Assembly (NCBI GenBank): GCA_035559535.1
Contig: DATMBG010000051.1
Coordinates: forward strand, 310,001-374,000
Source: Candidatus Limnocylindrales bacterium
GTDB taxonomy: Bacteria > Moduliflexota > Moduliflexia > Moduliflexales > JAUQPW01
Direction: 5' to 3'
Length of the DNA: 64,000 nucleotides
Below, piece after piece: positions 59,521 through 64,000 of this stretch; within the stretch, counting starts at the first letter, position 1, and each line of letters opens with the position of its first letter. The notes below the pieces were generated by a model. It was not told the origin of the DNA. It did no database searches and worked only from the letters and a program-made list of their open reading frames with translations. The position numbers and the translations under genes are program-made.

Positions 59521-60117
59521 TTAATCCTTTCTGGTCTTGGCAAACCAGTGTATTTCTAAACAATGTCTGAGATGGGTACGGGCACGATATAACAGGACAT
59601 ACAAATTACCCGAGGAAACCTCTAAAATCTTACAAATCTCCTCAGCCGGTAGCCCATCTATTTCGCGAAGCGAAAAGGCCGTTGCCGTATGGGAAGGAAG
59701 TTCGGCTAAACACTGCTCTAAAATTCTTTGAAATTCTCTTTGTTTAAGAATTGCACCGGGATCAGCCGTCCAGCCGTGGGAGATATCTCTCATATGCCCT
59801 GTCTTATGGAAGAATTCCTCTATGGAATTTAAAGAGGAATCGATCTCATCCACAGGACATTCCCGCCAACTTCGACGAAGATAGTCGATAATCTTGTGCT
59901 TCAAAATCCCTACAAGCCACGTCCTCTCAGAAGATTGACCCGTAAAGCTGTGACGGGCATGAAGTGCCGCTAGGAAAGTATCCTGAACCAGATCCTGGGC
60001 GAGTTCAGCGTTTTGGAGTCGAAGTAAAGCATACCTGAACAAATAATCCCCATGTTGATCGACCCAAACTTCCGGCTGAGTCGTTTGATGTTGGTCTATA
60101 GGCTGTTCACAATCCAT
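59521..60117 (-). CDS. ECF sigma-70 family sigma factor
   Basis: AQDLVQDTFLAA, TWLVGILKHKIID, LYRAR..LR.CLE. Confidence 0.93.
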   Translation of the reverse strand: MDCEQPIDQHQTTQPEVWVDQHGDYLFRYALLRLQNAELAQDLVQDTFLAALHARHSFTGQSSERTWLVGILKHKIIDYLRRSWRECPVDEIDSSLNSIEEFFHKTGHMRDISHGWTADPGAILKQREFQRILEQCLAELPSHTATAFSLREIDGLPAEEICKILEVSSGNLYVLLYRARTHLRHCLEIHWFAKTRKD

Positions 60118-60624
60118 TTATTATTTTTTCTACCTGAAGTTAAAGGCCCCGGGAATACCTCGTTTCAGAATGATCATACTGTATCGTTTTTAAATAAAAT
60201 CGTCAAGTTTTTTATGAAGCGTAGAGCTTATTCATTTTTAAAGATACGGACAAAAATAATCTTTACAAACGGTCAAGAAAAACCCACCGTGAGGTCTCCG
60301 GCTACTTTGCGGGTCAAACAAAAATTCCTGTAAGAACCCTGCAGAAGGAACGACGAACAATCGAGTCTATAATGGGCTATAATCCCTGCTTAGGTACGAT
60401 GGGTACAAAATAACCGGCCTGCCGGCAGGCCGGTGTACCCCCTGAAGATATCCCAGCATTTATCGAATTTATCTTAACATCCAGGTATTCGCCCCGCAGT
60501 AGCCATGAATTCCCGTTAGTTGACTTTACCGGTAAAAAATGCCAAATTAGCTTTGAAGGTTGATACGATGAGAATAAAGGACCTGCTACCCTGGGTCCTT
60601 ACTTCGTCAAGAAGAGGTACTTTC

Positions 60625-60972
60625 ATGATTCAGACCAAGCGTATTTATGAACCCCCAGAACCCAGGGATGGTAAGCGTTTCCTGGTAGAGCGGTTATGGC
60701 CCAGAGGTATAAAAAAAGAAACTCTGCAGATGGACGGTTGGTTGAAAGAAGTGGCTCCAAGTGATGACCTACGGCGTTGGTATGGGCATGACCCGGGAAA
60801 ATGGGAAGAATTTAAACACCGCTACTTTGCCGAATTAGACAGCAAACCTGAGGCCTGGCAACCTATCCTGGCAGCAGCCCGTGAAGGGAATGTAACCCTT
60901 CTGTATAGTGCACGCGATACAGAACATAACAGCGCCGTAGCCTTAGAAGCCTATTTAAAAAGTAAAGAGTAG
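60625..60972 (+). CDS. DUF488/YeaO family protein
   Basis: KRIYE...DG.RFLVERLWPRG, APS..LR.WYGH, TLLYSARD..HN. Confidence 0.92.
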   Translation: MIQTKRIYEPPEPRDGKRFLVERLWPRGIKKETLQMDGWLKEVAPSDDLRRWYGHDPGKWEEFKHRYFAELDSKPEAWQPILAAAREGNVTLLYSARDTEHNSAVALEAYLKSKE

Positions 60973-61215
60973 CCAGGTTAAAAGAGATGACCGATTTTAA
61001 GATAATAATGATATCTCCTTAATTAAGCCAGAGGAGATAAGATACGTTTCATGATCGGCTTCTATGCTTATGATCCCGCTACCTCTCTTACGAAAACCAT
61101 GCCAAACCCAGATACCCTTCTGATTAAATTGCCTCTTCTTCGGTTTTACAGGGGAAGGATCTTCGTTTTAAAATCTCCTTTCCTGTGAAGCAGGGAAAAG
61201 TCAAATTCCTTTTAG

Positions 61216-61477
61216 TACCTTGTAAAGTTAATTCTGGGTTAGTCTCTTCCCCCCTCACCCCAGGTCCTTCTCCCCCTCCCTTATCCTCCCCGTGGACGGG
61301 GAGGGAAGGGGTGGGGGCGGAGAGGGAAGCGAGAAGATCTCCAGGTCAACTTCCTAAATACCCTCTCTCCCTCCCCTCGATTCCCCCCGTCCATGGGGGG
61401 ATGGAAGGGGGGAGGGGAGGGAGAGAGGGGCCTGGAGTGAGAGCAGGACGGTTATTCAAATTTAACTTTACAAAGTA
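61216..61477. mobile_element. MITE (262 bp) with 21-bp imperfect TIRs and TTAG target duplication
   Basis: TTAG|TACCTTGTAAAGTTAATTCTG ... CAAATTTAACTTTACAAAGTA|TTAG; nested GC-rich palindromes inside. Confidence 0.8.
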
Positions 61478-61583
61478 TTAGCTTCGCACGAAGCTGATAA
61501 CGGCCTGTCAATATTTTGACACGATACCCTTTTTAAGGGTCGGGGGGAACTTGAAGGAAATGGAGGGGAGAAAAAAGTTCTGT

Positions 61584-61611
61584 GTAGGGGTGCACGGCCG
61601 TGCACCCCTAC
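61584..61611. repeat. REP-like perfect 28-bp palindrome
   Basis: GTAGGGGTGCACGG|CCGTGCACCCCTAC. Confidence 0.85.
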
Positions 61612-61670
61612 TTCCTAAATCAAAAAAGCAGATATAAATTATTATCAGGATAGTTAGAACCCGAATAAAG

Positions 61671-63413
61671 ATGATTATGAAACAAGCAACAAAATTTGAA
61701 AAACTTGCAACGGTCTTTGAACAACTGGAGGCAGTCTCTTCCAACCTCAAGATGATAGATATTTTATCCGATTTCTTTTCAGAGATTTCCCCCGAAGAAG
61801 CCCGAATTACGGCCTATCTTTTGAGGGGGAAGGTTGCACCGGACTATGAAGGTTTGAAATTGGGTCTTGCAGAGAAGCTGGTTATGCGAGCCCTCAGCCA
61901 GGCCTGGGGAATATCCCTTAAAGAAGTCGAGGGCCACTTCCAAAAAATCGGGGATCTTGGAGATGTTGCAGCCAGCGTAGCTCCGGAAAGGAACAGTGCC
62001 GGACTTTCCATTCAAGAAGTGTTTAATGAACTTCAAATCATTGCACGGACTTCAGGAGAAGCCTCCCAAAAAGCAAAAATTCAAACCTTAGCCACTTTGC
62101 TTTCCAGATGCTCTCCTCGAGAAGCGAGATATGTGGTTCGAATCGTTTTAGGCACACTGCGCCTCGGAGTTGCTGAGATGACCTTCTTGTATGGATTATC
62201 CAAGGCCTTAACCGGTACCAAAGAGAAGAAGGCTATTTTAGAGAATGCCTTTAATGTACTTTCAGATTTGGGAGAAGTTGCCTATCAAGCAGTCCAGAAG
62301 GGTGTGGAAGCCCTTCAAGAGGTACAACCGGTCGTTGGTATCCCGATTCGTATGATGCTTGCCCAGCGAGTCGAGGATTTAGAAGAGGTTAAGAAACACA
62401 TTCCAGGTAAGGTGTTTGTGGAATATAAATATGATGGGGAGCGTGTTCAAGTCCATATTCCCAGACAGGGAGATATGACCCTGTATTCGAGGCGCCATGA
62501 AAAGATTACCCATCAATTTCCGGATATCATAGCAGCCATCCAACAGGCCTTTCCAGGAAAAGAAGCCATTATCGAAGGAGAAGTAGTTTCCATTGATCCC
62601 CAAAGCGGCAAGTTACAGAACTTTCAAGTCTTAATGACCCGGCGCAGGAAACATAAGGTTGAAGAATATGTGGAAAAGGTTCCGGTGAAGTATTTTCTCT
62701 TCGATATGCTCTACTTCAATGGGAAATCTCTTTTAAAAACCCCTTTATCCCAGCGAAAAGAGATGCTGGCGCGACATTTTTCCAACAAAAACGGTCTGGC
62801 ACTTGCCGAGTATATCCTTACCGAAGAGGTCGAAGATATGGAGAATTTCTTTGCAGAAGCCATAGAGCAAGGGGGAGAAGGGGTCGTGCTTAAAGATGCC
62901 ACAAGCTTTTACGAAGCCGGAATCCGGGGATGGAAGTGGATCAAGTTCAAAAAGGAGTATAAGAGGGAACTGGCCGATACCTTTGATTTGGTCGTTGTGG
63001 GGGGCATCTACGGTACCGGGCGGAGGGCGGGAACCTACGGTTCCCTACTCGTGGCTGCGTTTGATCCTGAAACCAATAAATACTATTCCTTTACTAAAGT
63101 AGGGGCTGGATTTACAGATCGGGATTTAGCTGCGTTACCTCAGATGTTTGCAAGGTATCAACTCCCTGGGAAATATCGCCTGGTAGAAACTGGGATGGAA
63201 GCAGACGTATGGTTTGAACCGGCCTTGGTGATGGAAGTTACCGGTGCTGAACTGACGATAAGTCCTGTCCACACTGTGGCCAAGGAAAAGTTAAAAAAAG
63301 GAGGACTTGCTCTACGCTTTCCACGGTTTTTGAGATGGCGGGATGATAAAACTCCCGAACAGGCCACTACAGTTCAAGAAATTTACGAAATGTACCTGGG
63401 TCACAAAAGATGA
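61671..63413 (+). CDS. lig: ATP-dependent DNA ligase, full-length archaeal/eukaryotic-type architecture
   Basis: N-terminal DNA-binding domain; EYKYDGER, EGEVV, FDMLY, EGVVLK, WIKFKKEY, LRFPRF.R.R.DK. Confidence 0.95.
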   Translation: MIMKQATKFEKLATVFEQLEAVSSNLKMIDILSDFFSEISPEEARITAYLLRGKVAPDYEGLKLGLAEKLVMRALSQAWGISLKEVEGHFQKIGDLGDVAASVAPERNSAGLSIQEVFNELQIIARTSGEASQKAKIQTLATLLSRCSPREARYVVRIVLGTLRLGVAEMTFLYGLSKALTGTKEKKAILENAFNVLSDLGEVAYQAVQKGVEALQEVQPVVGIPIRMMLAQRVEDLEEVKKHIPGKVFVEYKYDGERVQVHIPRQGDMTLYSRRHEKITHQFPDIIAAIQQAFPGKEAIIEGEVVSIDPQSGKLQNFQVLMTRRRKHKVEEYVEKVPVKYFLFDMLYFNGKSLLKTPLSQRKEMLARHFSNKNGLALAEYILTEEVEDMENFFAEAIEQGGEGVVLKDATSFYEAGIRGWKWIKFKKEYKRELADTFDLVVVGGIYGTGRRAGTYGSLLVAAFDPETNKYYSFTKVGAGFTDRDLAALPQMFARYQLPGKYRLVETGMEADVWFEPALVMEVTGAELTISPVHTVAKEKLKKGGLALRFPRFLRWRDDKTPEQATTVQEIYEMYLGHKR

Positions 63414-63712
63414 AATAGACCTTCATCTCAAAGCAAGGTCCCTATCCTCGCTGATAATTCCAGGATATTGGCCTTCTCGATACCCGGTTTTTCACTCTGG
63501 TCAGCAAGGCAGTTCGATTAAGACCGGATAACTTAGCGGCCTTAGAAGGTCCATCAATACCCCATTTTGTTTTTTCCAAGAAGAGTTTTCCTTAATCGGT
63601 TTTTCCATCCTCGTTCTGAGAGTCCTCCCGCACAGGTGACGCTTCATCTGATCCCGGGCTTTCGGAGATCAGAATCTTACAAATTTCTTTAAATCTTTGC
63701 AGGATACTGTCT

Positions 63713-63961
63713 TTAAATTTTTCTTGCCAAGGCCCAGAAAACGTTAGACGGTTTGATCCCATGGGAACCCGGCGCCGCCGGGTTCCTACAGTTGTTTTTT
63801 ACCCCCAGGAGGGATCTGGACCGGTAAACCCCTGTCTGGCTCACTTCCAACTCATTTGCATACGCTTCAAAGCTCAGTGTACTGATTCTCCACCAAAGGT
63901 CGATCCCGTTGAGGAAAAGCAGGATTATCGACCAACCTGTTATACCTGTCATACCTGTCAT
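63713..63961 (-). CDS. Possible small hypothetical protein
   Basis: Its ATG overlaps (ATGA) the stop of a frame entering from beyond the window end (...RKEFDGPPSEYRV*); no recognisable motif. Confidence 0.3.
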   Translation of the reverse strand: MTGMTGITGWSIILLFLNGIDLWWRISTLSFEAYANELEVSQTGVYRSRSLLGVKNNCRNPAAPGSHGIKPSNVFWALARKI

Positions 63962-64000
63962 ACCCGGTATTCTGAGGGGGGACCATCGAACTCTTTTCTT

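Noticed and set aside
755-63531. Numerous antisense or alternate-frame ORFs in the six-frame track
   Set aside because: They overlap well-supported genes and lack recognisable motifs (shadow ORFs)

Overview
Gene-dense 64-kb chromosomal segment of a diderm bacterium (LolA, Tat/lipoprotein signals, several sigma-54 promoter motifs). The taxon cannot be fixed from sequence alone. It holds about 55 CDS, mostly metabolic and envelope genes: guaA, cydAB, gshB, grxC, a YitJ-type methionine enzyme, ubiE/menG, lolA, a TAXI-TRAP transporter, an acetoacetate-CoA ligase with acyl-CoA dehydrogenase, an ECF sigma/zf-HC2 pair and an archaeal-type ATP-dependent ligase. One tRNA-Glu(CTC) is present. Intergenic DNA carries three repeat types: a MITE family with 21-bp TIRs and a TTAG target duplication, REP-like palindromes, and hairpins built from 7-8-mer tandem repeats. 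No CRISPR array, transposase, integrase or prophage was found. The most novel-looking item is a compact module at 49.7-51.4 kb: an XRE regulator, an unknown membrane protein and a 25-aa micro-lipoprotein too short for the ORF track, with an AAC-N4-GTT palindrome in all three upstream regions. Other highlights are a predicted lanthanide-dependent PQQ alcohol dehydrogenase with a diheme XoxG-like cytochrome and an MxaD-like protein, an Rpf-like transglycosylase, and a J-domain protein with a PspA-like N-terminal helix overlapping guaA. All family assignments come from motif recognition by eye; no database search was run.
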